Shown: piece after piece, positions 1 to 11,167 of the stretch
Position numbering within the stretch: position 1 is the first letter of the stretch
How the letters are laid out: each line of letters begins with the position of its first letter
Source: Selaginella moellendorffii
Taxonomy: Eukaryota > Plantae > Lycopodiophyta
Assembly (NCBI RefSeq): GCF_000143415.4
Contig: NW_003314325.1
Location: 962,086 to 1,026,085, forward strand
DNA length: 64,000 bases
Direction: 5' to 3'
Translations under genes and position numbers: made by a program
Notes under the pieces: model-generated
The model's database searches: none
What the model was told of the DNA's origin: nothing
What the model saw: the letters and a program-made list of their open reading frames with translations, nothing else

Positions 1-449
1 ACAACATCATAAGGTTTAAGACACTCTCTACATTCTATAGATATGTTTTTTGAGTAGATCTAAACACTTACCATAAATAGTAGTTGAATCTAAAATGGAA
101 CTAACACATAAGGCATAATAGTGAAAGTGTTTGGCAGACATGGTAAGTTATCATGTAGCAATATTAAGGGACTAAACTTAATATGCTAGGATTCTTGCGA
201 AACTAGTGCAAGACAGAGCAAAAGAAAATTAAAAGCTAAGTTGAAAATGCTTAGCAAGAAACACATAGAAGTTCCTACTATATGTCCATCTGGGTAAGTA
301 TAGATGCTAAGCTTAGTTTACTAACAGTTGGATAAAAGGGGCTAATGAAGGGAATCAGTAGTATCGATCTCTTGCCATTATGGCAGTAAAAAGAGTGTTC
401 GTAAGGATTAGCTGACAAATATATTTTGATACCTGAAGTCACATTCACA
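1..449 (-). mobile_element. Decayed LTR fragment, family A gypsy-like element
   Basis: Aligns by eye to 54700-55148 and 43745-43971. Ends in TTTGATACCTGAAGTCACATTCACAACA, the same terminus as the other family A LTRs. Confidence 0.65.
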
Positions 450-1104
450 ACAAATACATACAAATGTTTGTGGGTTTTAGTGTTAGTAATTTTAACTCTT
501 GCCATCTTTCTTTCCAGGGTTCAACGGCTAAGAGATACAACAATTATCTCATTACATAATGCAATTAAACCACACAAAAGAAGGAAAGAAAGGATAATGA
601 AGATAGTGATTATGAGTTAGAGATAAACACAATGATAGAGGGCACAATAAAAAGTGTTGATAAAAATGTAGGGCAAGGAGTATATGTATTCCTATGTTCC
701 TCGCATTTTGTAAAGTCTAAACATGTGTAAGAAGGAAAGTCTTGAATGGCAATTGTGTACTCTCCATCTTCTATTTTGATTATATACTCTTTTACAAGCG
801 TAATGATATACTTCATAAAGAGAATCTCACACTCAAGTGTTTAAGCCAAGTTTATTTAACCTTGCTTCTGCTTGAAAAGGGTACCAATAAATTTAACTAC
901 CTTACCTTTTCTTGCTAACCTCTTATGCATTTATATGGGAATAATCTGGCTTTGTCACTCATGTCTCCAACTTTCCTCTCAAGATTGAAACCAAATTTCT
1001 TAAGGTTTTCAATCTCATCCGAGATAAGCACAACCCTATTAGCAACTGCCCATTCTTTAGGTACTACATCAGAAACCATGGCTCAACAAATGCAAGGTGA
1101 AATC

Positions 1105-1358
1105 AAAATATAATAACTATAATAGTAGTCAATAGTAAAATAATAAAGCTTTACAAAAGATAGATTCTCATGAATTTTATCTTTTTTAAACGACTCAATC
1201 TAATAAAAACTTTTAACTTAGATATTACATATTTCAATATTTTAAAGTTTGTTAGAACCTTCATTTCTTTTATTTAGATTTCCTTTGTAAAACTTCTAGT
1301 TGATTCTGTTGGCTTGAGTTTATTTATGTTGAGTTGAGCTCACATGAGCTCAACTCAA
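1105..1358. repeat. Dispersed AT-rich repeat ending in a 14-bp perfect hairpin; inverted copy at ~50200-50460
   Basis: 1145-1345 is the reverse complement of 50207-50410. TTGAGTTGAGCTCA-CA-TGAGCTCAACTCAA at 1329-1358. Confidence 0.7.
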
Positions 1359-1479
1359 TTTTATCACTTGGCAAAACTTGGACTTTTTTGAGGATGAGCT
1401 AGCACACTTATCTCATGTGGGAGGCAAAATAACATGCTTTAGCCTTAAGTTCACTTCATTTGGATCTAAGAGTTTGAGT

Positions 1480-2075
1480 TACATCATGATTAGACATCAT
1501 TTTGGCACTAGAGACACATTGGTGGTGGAATGCTCTATGGTGGGTTTCACATGTTATAAAGTATAATAGATGACTTCAAGTTTTATGGTGGAGTCACTTA
1601 AGAGGCAAATAGCCCAAGAGCTACATTGGGTATTCATGCTCGTACTTTCACTAGTTTCATTTTGTAAGAGTGCTCTCTCAATGTTTTATTTAGTCCCTAT
1701 AGGACATTGAGGAATATACATATACATTTTAACAAATGTGGGGAATTTTACCAAACATTTCCACCAGCTTGATCTTTGTCAAATCTGTCATAAAGAGACT
1801 AATATGTAGAAAAATTATTGGTTCTAACATTTCATCTATAACCTTTCCACCATCAATAATGAAAAATACTGTTTCCAACAAATTTCTCACCTATTTAGTT
1901 ATTTTGTCTATGTCCTCTTTTTTTGGATAAGTGACTCAAGCTTTATTGGATCATGGAGGAATGTGAAAATGAAAGAAGTGTATAAGACATTAGTTAGCAT
2001 GTGAGAAAATACCTGATATAGGATAAGGCATACAAGTTTTTTGGCACCAACTCCTAATCCCAATTCTACATCTTT
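1480..2075 (+). pseudogene. Possible heavily decayed PIF/Harbinger-type DDE transposase
   Basis: Fragments occur in the expected order across frames: WWW..KMTSSFMVESLKRQI, GILPNI, ISDSSF, KYLI*DKAY (cf. YLLGDxAY). Many stops and frameshifts. Confidence 0.3.
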
Positions 2076-4394
2076 CACAGCTTCTATATCGTGAGGGGCT
2101 TAGATGTTTATCTCTAGCATTTGTATCTTCTATATGTATATCTTCAATGACACCCTATTCCATGCAAGTTGTTGTTCATCTCCTAGAGCTTTTGACTTGT
2201 CATTGTTGGCATCATAGCCTAAATGCCTAGTAGGGCATTTGCTGAATGGCAGCCTAATGCCATAAATCGAAAAACGATGCAAGTGCCAAAACTCATTTGC
2301 CACACCCAAAAGGCCCTGAGTTTCTATCCAATACGTATTTTTGAAACCACTTCTACAACTTCTACAAACTGTTCTCACCCCATGTATCACACCATTTCAA
2401 CAAGAGGAAATGTTGGATATGGAAACTCGTTGGGCTCACTCAAGGGATCTGCCAAATTCTTGCAAACAAACTACAAATCAAATTTCCTATCTCCATGGAA
2501 AGTTTAGGATTTTTTTATCCATGGAAGAGAAGCTTATATGGAGTGGCCAGCAAGCACCCTCTCACTGGTGTCAAGGGAAGAGCATCTAATCAACTTCATA
2601 GGCTTCATAACACTACTGCCGTTGTCAAAAGCCCACCTAGTGGTTGTGGATACACTTGCTGTCTCCAAGATGTCATAGTGTAACCATAATTGTGCAAGAA
2701 TTCATAAACATTATATCATAAGTACACATCTAATTTTATCAACATACTAAATATTGCAAATCTTGTTTTCCTTTTGCCTTTTTGTCTTTATATCTCAACC
2801 TCCTCCACCCAAAAAGTTTAGTAGCAAGTGTGTGGATTTGCAAGGTTTTCTCTAGATTTGATCTTCAAGCTTCAGCCCAAAGTGTTATCCCACACCCAAG
2901 TTTCAAATTAGCATAATCAGTACTTTGTTGGAGGCTACAACATTTTTGTGGTTCTTCACTCTTCTTGAACCTCTACTTGTCCAAGGACAACATGACTACT
3001 TATTTTGATGATATTGATTGGGTTTGTTCTGCCATAATCAAGATCTATTGTTTGATATATGGAACCTAGTCTGCCTTCACCTATGTCATGGAATTCCATC
3101 TTCTTGTATTGGACATTGTGGTCATGAATAAATTCTCAATGATAGTGTTTGTGTTGGCCTGTAGGAGGATGTTAAGGATTTTCTTATCACTATGGATGAT
3201 CCTGTGGATCTTCAGAATACTGTCAACAAAGTTGTGCATGTGGACAAATTGACTCTTATGGTGTTAAGAAAGTTATCAACCACTACCTACATCTAGTTTG
3301 CTTGTACTTGCACCTACATGCTCTCCTATACCTACTAGACTTGTGCCTATGATGACATTTCACAATTTAGTCCCCTCTTGTATGTGGAACATCAGCATCA
3401 ATGGTTTGTGGTTATATTGTGGATCCATGTCTCTATCAAAACTAATAGGCAAAGAACACAAGACTATAATGAAAGACAAGAGAAAGTTAGCAAGAAAACA
3501 CAAGAAGATCAGCCCAAGACTAGTGTTGATTCAATTCAAAGGTTTATATAAGTCTAAATTTTGCTATCACAACCATTAAAAATAGTGTGTGCCATTTGAT
3601 TAACACAACCTGCAAATAAGTGAGTCTAGAACCTGTGGTTAGGACCCACTTGACTTGTCAACATATAGCTTGGCCTACCACCTAAGCCCAGCCTATCAAC
3701 CGTCTAAGCCAGAGCATGAGGCAGTGCCTAAGACTAAGCCTGAGCCACAATCCCTGGTCTTATCAAGGTTTTATTTCATCATCATTTACAAGCCTAGGAA
3801 GTAGTTAGTATATTACATGTATTATCTTAATGTTCCTATTTGGCTCTAAAGCTTGGTAAATCTACATTTGACTAGTAGAATCAAGTTCTTCTTAGTTTTA
3901 AATGACTTCAAGTTATTATCAAGAATCCTAGCTATGGCCTATCTCAGCCTCAAGAAAGTTCAAGATATTATTCTCATGGTCAAACTCACATTCAGCCTCA
4001 AGCATTAGTTATGATAGGATGTTTTGGACTTAGTTATACATAGAGTGTGCTTACTATAATTATCGAAAGTGGTGGCTGATCTATTTCTCAAATTTTAAAA
4101 GAAACACTATTTCTCAAATTAAATAAATATCTCCAAACAATGATAAATGCATAAATTATTATATTTTTTGTATGCTTTTTATTGTTTGGAACTGTATCTT
4201 CAATAATACAGTTTAAATAAAAAAGAATGAAAAAAACTAAATTAGTATTTGCATCATCTTAAATCATGTGAAACTTATATACAAGATAATAAAAAAAAAA
4301 CTTAATTGATTTTAAGCAATATTGATGTATAGTAAGAAAAACTTAAAGCAAGAATTGACTATAATGTTAATTATATTACCTGAATGTTCAAAAA

Positions 4395-5500
4395 AGTTCA
4401 TAGTGTCACATTTTACAAAAAATACATCCTACTACTCAAATACCATTTAGCCATTATTGACAAAAAAATGACTAATGGAGTCAATCACTCAATTTCACCT
4501 AATTTACAAAAAATGATCCCACAAGTGAGAAGCCAAAAGCATTAACCCTCATGAGCAACAAACCAAACTTGTTAGTAAGGTTTAAATAAACTATTGTCAA
4601 TAAGTAATTAAAATTGTTTATATGGTCATGCCTTTTAACATAAATTAAGAATATCAGGAGTTGCATGTGACCAGTCAATAGTAGTTACATTATGATTAGA
4701 GATATCATTATACACATAAAGTTTTGAAGCCACTTTAACTATATTGGCCCAAACTTGAAGATGAATATGATGGATTATATCAAAATCATAGATAAAGATT
4801 TTTTAAAGACAATGATTTATTGGTTAATAAATATTAAATTAGAACACTAAAGTATTCCAAATAAGTTATCACCTGGAAAACACAAAGTATAAAAACCATT
4901 AGAATCAAGCTTGAACTACCAAATATCAAAGATAAAATGCTAAACAATTTATAAAAAAAACTAGAAAGACACAAAATATTATTACTCAATAATAAAAATG
5001 CTTTCTAATGTATTGTCCAAAGAAAATAACATCCCAATTTATCATAACCAACCTTAGTAATAATTAACATATTATAATGAATGTCTAAGGGCTAACCTCA
5101 TTCATGTTAACTATCATATTAGACAATTTAAATAAATCTAAATCAATAATACTAATTAATTAAAGTTGTTAAACTAAGTGTTAGCAATATTTTATTAGTA
5201 TCTCAAACCAAAAAGATCAATTCAAATCAAACCACAAAGGATATGTGTCAAGACAAAAAGGTAAAAGTCATTAAAGAAAATAACTAACTATAATGAAGAT
5301 TATCAATCATCCCATTAATAGATATGTACAATTATTGTTGAAGAATAATCCACCATTCCAAAGAATGATAAATCTTCTATTATTAACAATTATTAAAACC
5401 TCTAATAACAATAGCCCGACCCCCAACCTAAAGAGTTTTTGCTTGCTTTTCCTTACAAGAGAATACAACCCAATCAACTACTATTAACAAACATTATGGC
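4395..5500 (-). mobile_element. Decayed internal region of family A LTR element
   Basis: Collinear with 44055-45250 and 55230-56420 (e.g. TTGGCCCAAAC..AAGAT, TATTCCAAATAAGTTATCA, TATCAATCATCCCATTAAT). Confidence 0.75.
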
Positions 5501-6059
5501 AAACAAGGATGCGAAGGGTTTTGGGATACTCAAAAGGATCAAGTTTCAAACTAGATTGTTTATAAGCCATCTTTAGGTGGTGTATAACTCATAATATAGT
5601 ATATATTCTATACTAGGTTGTGATTTAAACATTCTCTAAGCATTTATAGAAAATAATATATTGAATTCAATACACATATGAGATTTTAAAACTCATATGA
5701 GTATATTTATTTAGCAACCTTCTAGTGCTATAGATTTAGGAGTGTAAGTGTTTTTTATAATGAACTTTCCTTCATAAAAATGGCCTCCTATAATTTGAGG
5801 ATAATGGATAACACACAAAGCTATCCACACACAATCTAACAAACTAAATGTTGCTAATCATAGTCAAAAAGTAATGGAGATCATGATAGTAAACTTCAGT
5901 AGTGAGAGGGGGAACACTTTAAAAAACCAAAACCCTAACTCACTCTCTAGCTAATTGTGCAAGAGTTAAGAAAGTTATGACCCAATTGCATAGCACTAGT
6001 GAGAAAATCACAAGTTCACACTCTCTCTATGTATTGAATATTGTCATCATAAATTCTTA

Positions 6060-6337
6060 GAACCTTGGGCATCCATAAGTATTCTTTTAAAGTAATTGAT
6101 AGATTCAGTGAAGGATAAAGGTATCTACTATGGGACTATAGTACAGGAAAGATTAATAGATTTAATATGAAAATGGAGGTTAATTGGCTTAGTAAAGGTT
6201 ATTAGTAAATAGTTCATAAGGAAGGAGGGTGCATATAACATATGTGATCACAGAATGAGAATTGGATATATTGTCAGTGTAGATCCTTAAAACCCCTTTT
6301 TAGTTGGTTTAAGAGGAGAGAGATAGAGTGTGCTACA
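6060..6337 (+). mobile_element. Decayed family D TRIM fragment
   Basis: Matches 46200-46586 (GGGACTATAGTAC, GATTCAGTG, TGTGATCA, GAGAGATA..GTGCTACA). Confidence 0.6.
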
Positions 6338-6339
6338 TA

Positions 6340-7135
6340 TGTTAACACATACATATAAGCTTAAATATAAATTTATGCAAATGGTATATCTCAATCCATT
6401 TTATAAGCCCAAATGAAAACTTATACAATCTAATATGAAAAAGTAACCAAGCCCAAGCACAAATTTGTGCAAATGATACATTTCAATCTACCTTATGAGC
6501 CCAAGTGAAAGCTCATACAATCTAATATAAAAAAGTAACCAAAATCCATACTTAAAGGACTATAACAATTAAATATACACCCACTATCCTTATTATACAT
6601 TTGTACATTTAGAACCCCCCACAGCACCCTCTAACCCCCCACCCCTTGACCCCAAATCCTAGAAGTTAGTCTCTAAGACAATCACAAAAACTTATTAAGT
6701 ATAGAATGATGCTAGATTGCAAATTTGAGAGCGGGAATAACACCTTCATGTTTAGAACAATCTCTAAATTCTCTAAATCTGCTCAATTAGTAAATCTAAA
6801 CACTTTTTATAAATAGCTAATAGGACCAAATGAAACCAACATATAGGGGAATGATAGCAAGAGTGTCTTAGCAAACATAATAAACTATCATATAGTGAGT
6901 ATTGATGGACTAATTTTAATATTGCAGTGGATTTTGTCAAGCCAGTGCAAGATAGAGCCAAAAAGAACTAATGAACCAGGTCAAATACAAATGTTAAATC
7001 ATGTTTATTAACACTTGAATAAAAGGGATTGAAAAAGGGTCCAATAGTATCAACTTTTTGCTATTGTGGCAATAAGGAAAGAATATCTAAAAAGACTCCT
7101 AATAGTAACTTTTGATACCTGCAATCATGTAACAT
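6340..7135 (-). mobile_element. Decayed family A PBS-side internal region plus LTR, with ~85-bp tandem duplication at 6370-6542
   Basis: Matches 61040-61190 and 54520-55140. The unit AATTTATGCAAATGGTA...AAAAAGTAACCAA occurs twice. Confidence 0.6.
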
Positions 7136-8455
7136 TCTATCACTTAAGATATCACCTAAATATAAAGCTCTAAAATCTATAAATTGCAACTAAATACTTA
7201 GCAATACATTATGATTATGTAAAGGAATCAAAAGAAAAATAAAAAAATCAATGAGAAAGTATACATATGCAATTGAAGCTCTAGATATAATTGTGGCATT
7301 TAGGTTATGATATAGAGATTTAAAGAGAACTAAAAGAAATCAATGCTATAAAGAGGAAGGCAACTATAAAAAAGCTTTACCCTTTTCTTAAAGAAATTAA
7401 TAATGTGCTTAGAATATTTTTAGCTCTAATGAGGGATTACACATAATTTTTAGTGTGATTTAGAGTGTTTTTGAGAGCATTGATTATAGTTCACAATTGG
7501 CCACTAGCAACAGGGCATCCATGAGCAATCCTATGAAGGATAAATTGATTTTACACCATCTTTCTGTCCAAAAAATTAAAAAAACTTAAAGAAGTCAAAT
7601 TTGGTGGAATATTTAAAGTTTTAGCTAAGCTATTGCATAGAACTTGAAACTCCTATGGGACCACTAACCTATAAAATATAGTTGTTGACAACTATGATAA
7701 ACCTAAAGCTATAGCATTCAATTGATGAATGAATTGTGATTTTATATACAATTGTTAATTGCTTAAACTAACTTTGAAACTGTAACTCTAAACTAAAACA
7801 AGGGACTTCGAGGGCAAACTTAATCTCCTAAATATCACTGCAGTAAATGATAAATTCCACTTTTATGTTTACCTTTCAATTAGCCTCTATAAACTCACAA
7901 AAACTTATTTTATGTCTTCTTTTTAGTCAACTTTCAAGACCTATATTAACTCACACAACTTTTATTTTGTTTAGCATTGCATATAAAAAGTCAAAATTAC
8001 TCCATTCATCCTCTTTATACCTTTTTATCCCCTCCTCAAAAATAAAAACGTTTTGAAGTGTTAATTCCATTTGGACTCATTATACTCATTTTCATTTTCA
8101 TTTATATTCATCATCACTCTTATTATATTTGTTTAAATTCATTACATTCATCTCACTTCACAATTTATATCATCAATTCTTGGTCTAGTACTGTATTTGC
8201 TGAAAAACAAAGTTTGAAGTGTTGCGCCAAAAAAGAGAATATATGAAAAATTAATTATAGAAGAAAAAAAGTAGATAAAATGTCATTAGAAAAGGAATTT
8301 TTAGCAATTGTCAAGATGAAAATAAAAAAATAAAAAGAAAGAAATGTGAATTCCTTTACATGCACTCTTAACAAGTTGTGAAATTGAGAATAAAGATTAG
8401 ATCCTGCTCAATTACTTATATTTCTACTTCTCAACTGAAGTGTCTTTTTTTATTG

Positions 8456-11065
8456 TTATTGTGCTGTGATGTCTCTGGCCTTGGCCGGCTCCATCAGCTT
8501 TTGCGCATCCTCAACCCTGCCGAGCTTGATCAAGCTCTCGGAAAGGATCCTAAACGTCTCCGGGTTTGGCACCGCGCCGCTCTTCCTCGTCGCCTCAAAC
8601 ACCGCATAAGCCTGGTCGATGTTTCCCGTCTTGCAAAGCCCTCCAACGAAGCTCACGCAGCTCACGGGATCCAGCAAGAACTTCTTCTCCCTCATCTGCT
8701 TGTAAACCTCCAGAGCTTCGTCCAGCTTCGTCGCTCGAGACAGTCCCGCGATGAGGATGCGATACGTGCAAGTATCGGCCGCGAGACCTTTGGTTCCCAT
8801 CTCCGCGACGAGCTCGTTCGCTCGGCCCAGCTTCCCCAGCTTGCAAAACCCGTCGATGAGCGTGTTGAAAGTCACAATCGTTGGCTGCAAGCCTGCGCCG
8901 CCGGACATCTCCCTGTAGAGCTTTTCGGCCTCGTCCATGCTGCCCCTCTTGCAGTAGCCGGCGATGAGCGAGTTGTAGGCCACCGCGTCCGGGGGAATGC
9001 ACGCTTGAGTCATCTTCTCGAAGAGCTCCCTGGCTTGGATCACCTTCTCGGCCCGGCAAAGCCCCGCGATGAGAGTCGTGTAAGTGTACTTGTTTGGCTT
9101 GCATCCGGCCTCGAGCATGCTGCCGAAGACTTCCAAGGCCTTCTCCAGTTCCCCCGTCCGGCACAGCCCGTGGATGAGCGTGCTGAAAGTGATCACGTTT
9201 GGGACGTAGCCAGCAGCTCGCATCGCCTCGAAGAGCTTGCAGCCTTCTTCCACCCTTCTGGCTTTGCATACCGCGTCGAGCAGCGTGTTGTAAGTCACCA
9301 CGTCCGGNNNNNNNNNNNNNNNNNNNNNNNNNNNNNNNNNNNNNNNNNNNNNNNNNNNNNNNNNNNNNNNNNNNNNNNNNNNNNNNNNNNNNNNNNNNNN
9401 NNNNNNNACGGGGACGTTTGGTTGGCAGCCGTGCTTGGGCATCTGCTTGAAGCGTTCCGAGGCATCTTTCACCTTCCCCGCTTGGCAGAGGCCGAGTATA
9501 AGCTCGTAGAACATAAGTCTGTCCGGGTGGTGGCCGCCTCGAATCATCTCGTCGAACAGGCTGCTTGCGTGGTCGACTCTCCGTGCCTTGGCTAGCGCTC
9601 GAACGAGGCTCGAGTACGCCTGCATGGACGGCGTCTGTCCTCTCATCACCATCTCGGACAGGATCTTCAAGGACTCGTCAAGCTTGCCGATCTTTGCGAG
9701 GCCGTGGATGAGAATGTGGTACGAGACGTTGTCCGGCTTGTATCCGCTTTCCACCATATGTTGGTATACTTCTCTCGCCTTCTCCATGTTGTTGGACCTC
9801 GCAAAGCCTTGCATGACGCCGTTGAAGGCAAACACGTCGGGGTTACACCCGGCTGCCATCATCTCTTCCAAAACTTTGTAGCTCTCCTCGGGCTTTGCCT
9901 CCTTCACCAGGCTCTTGATGATGGAGCTGTAAGTAAAGACGTTGGCCGCGATGTTCTTGTCTCTCATCTCGGACAAAAGCTTCCTGGCTCCTTCGGTGTT
10001 CCCCGAGCTGCAAAGCCCGGATATGAGAGTGTTGTAAGTCCATCTATCCGGCTCCACTCTCTTCTCGCGTTTCATACTCTGGAACAGATCGAGAGCCTTT
10101 CCAAACTCACCAGCGTTGCAGCGGCTGTTGATGAGGACGTTGTAAGTCACGAGTGACGGTACGCAAGACTCGCTCTTCATCGTCTCGAAGACTTCCAGTG
10201 CCTGTGCCAGCATCCCCGCTTTAGCCAAGCTTTGCACGACGAAGTCATAAGCGTCACCACCTATAGCACACTTGGCCTTGCTCATTCTTTTCAAGATCTC
10301 GTAGACGCGAACTCCCTTTCCGGCTTTCCCAAACGCTGCAACGACGGCAGACCAAGTCTTGGACTCCACGGCCACCTTTTGGGATCCCAGGCAGTCTAGC
10401 ACGCTCTCGATCTCTGCGAGACGCTCCTCCGGCTTCGCTGCGAGGAGCTGGATCAAACTCTCCAGCGTCGTCGAGGATCGAGGAGCAAAGTTGGATGCTA
10501 CCATCGTCTTGAACGCGTCCAAGGCCTTGTCCGTGGAGTTCGTCGCGACGAGAATCTCGAGAAGAACGTTGTGGACGTCCTTCTCAGCCATGAAACCATT
10601 CTTTGCCGCGATCATGGCCTCGCAAGCCGGTATCAAAAGCTTGGATCGACCATCTCTCACCAAGCTGTGAAGAACGAGCTTGAAAGTTTCCTCGTCCACG
10701 TCCAAGAAGCCCGGGCCGCGCTGCTGGATCTGCTGAACGAGCTGGTTCACGACTCTCTTCTGGGCATCGAGGGAGACGCTGGAATGAGAGTAACCGCGCT
10801 GGCCTTCCACCCAGCTCAAGAACTTGAGCGCTACTCGGCGATCTTTGATGGATTTCACGACCTCCACGGCATGCTGGGGCTCTACAAGGCCAGCATTTAG
10901 ACCCTCGAGCCTCTTCGCCGTGTCGGGCGTCCATCCCCCACTGAGAACGCGGCCGATCGTCTCAACCACGTCGATCTTCTTGGAAATCTTGGCCCTTGTG
11001 CTCGCGAATCGCGACTGGAAATTCCTGGAGCTGCTACTTACCTGATTGTAGCACGAGCGTAACAT
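8456..11065 (-). CDS. P-class pentatricopeptide repeat protein, likely organelle-targeted; interrupted by an assembly gap
   Basis: Tandem 35-aa repeats (PDxxTYNTLIxGLC...A..L..EM). R/S-rich N-terminus resembles a mitochondrial presequence. Confidence 0.95.
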   Translation of the reverse strand: MLRSCYNQVSSSSRNFQSRFASTRAKISKKIDVVETIGRVLSGGWTPDTAKRLEGLNAGLVEPQHAVEVVKSIKDRRVALKFLSWVEGQRGYSHSSVSLDAQKRVVNQLVQQIQQRGPGFLDVDEETFKLVLHSLVRDGRSKLLIPACEAMIAAKNGFMAEKDVHNVLLEILVATNSTDKALDAFKTMVASNFAPRSSTTLESLIQLLAAKPEERLAEIESVLDCLGSQKVAVESKTWSAVVAAFGKAGKGVRVYEILKRMSKAKCAIGGDAYDFVVQSLAKAGMLAQALEVFETMKSESCVPSLVTYNVLINSRCNAGEFGKALDLFQSMKREKRVEPDRWTYNTLISGLCSSGNTEGARKLLSEMRDKNIAANVFTYSSIIKSLVKEAKPEESYKVLEEMMAAGCNPDVFAFNGVMQGFARSNNMEKAREVYQHMVESGYKPDNVSYHILIHGLAKIGKLDESLKILSEMVMRGQTPSMQAYSSLVRALAKARRVDHASSLFDEMIRGGHHPDRLMFYELILGLCQAGKVKDASERFKQMPKHGCQPNVPXXXXXXXXXXXXXXXXXXXXXXXXXXXXXXXXXXPDVVTYNTLLDAVCKARRVEEGCKLFEAMRAAGYVPNVITFSTLIHGLCRTGELEKALEVFGSMLEAGCKPNKYTYTTLIAGLCRAEKVIQARELFEKMTQACIPPDAVAYNSLIAGYCKRGSMDEAEKLYREMSGGAGLQPTIVTFNTLIDGFCKLGKLGRANELVAEMGTKGLAADTCTYRILIAGLSRATKLDEALEVYKQMREKKFLLDPVSCVSFVGGLCKTGNIDQAYAVFEATRKSGAVPNPETFRILSESLIKLGRVEDAQKLMEPAKARDITAQ
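9308..9407. other. Assembly gap (100 N)
   Basis: Run of 100 N inside the PPR ORF. Confidence 1.
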
Positions 11066-11167
11066 CGCTCGCCATCGTCATCGCGGCCTCATCTCTCTAC
11101 CCTAGCAAAACTAAATTCGTAGGGTTCTTCGCGACCATGAGCTGGGCACTTCTTCAAGAAATCTGTG

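Noticed and set aside
2100-3600. Decayed minus-strand coding-like region
   Set aside because: No motif could be read with confidence; probably a TE remnant.
9308-9407. Frame preserved across the N gap
   Set aside because: 100 N is a placeholder. The PPR register across it is 38 aa rather than 35 or 70, so the true length differs.
8378-9595. 405-aa plus-strand ORF and other antisense ORFs over the PPR gene
   Set aside because: Shadow frames of a GC-rich coding strand; no recognisable motifs.
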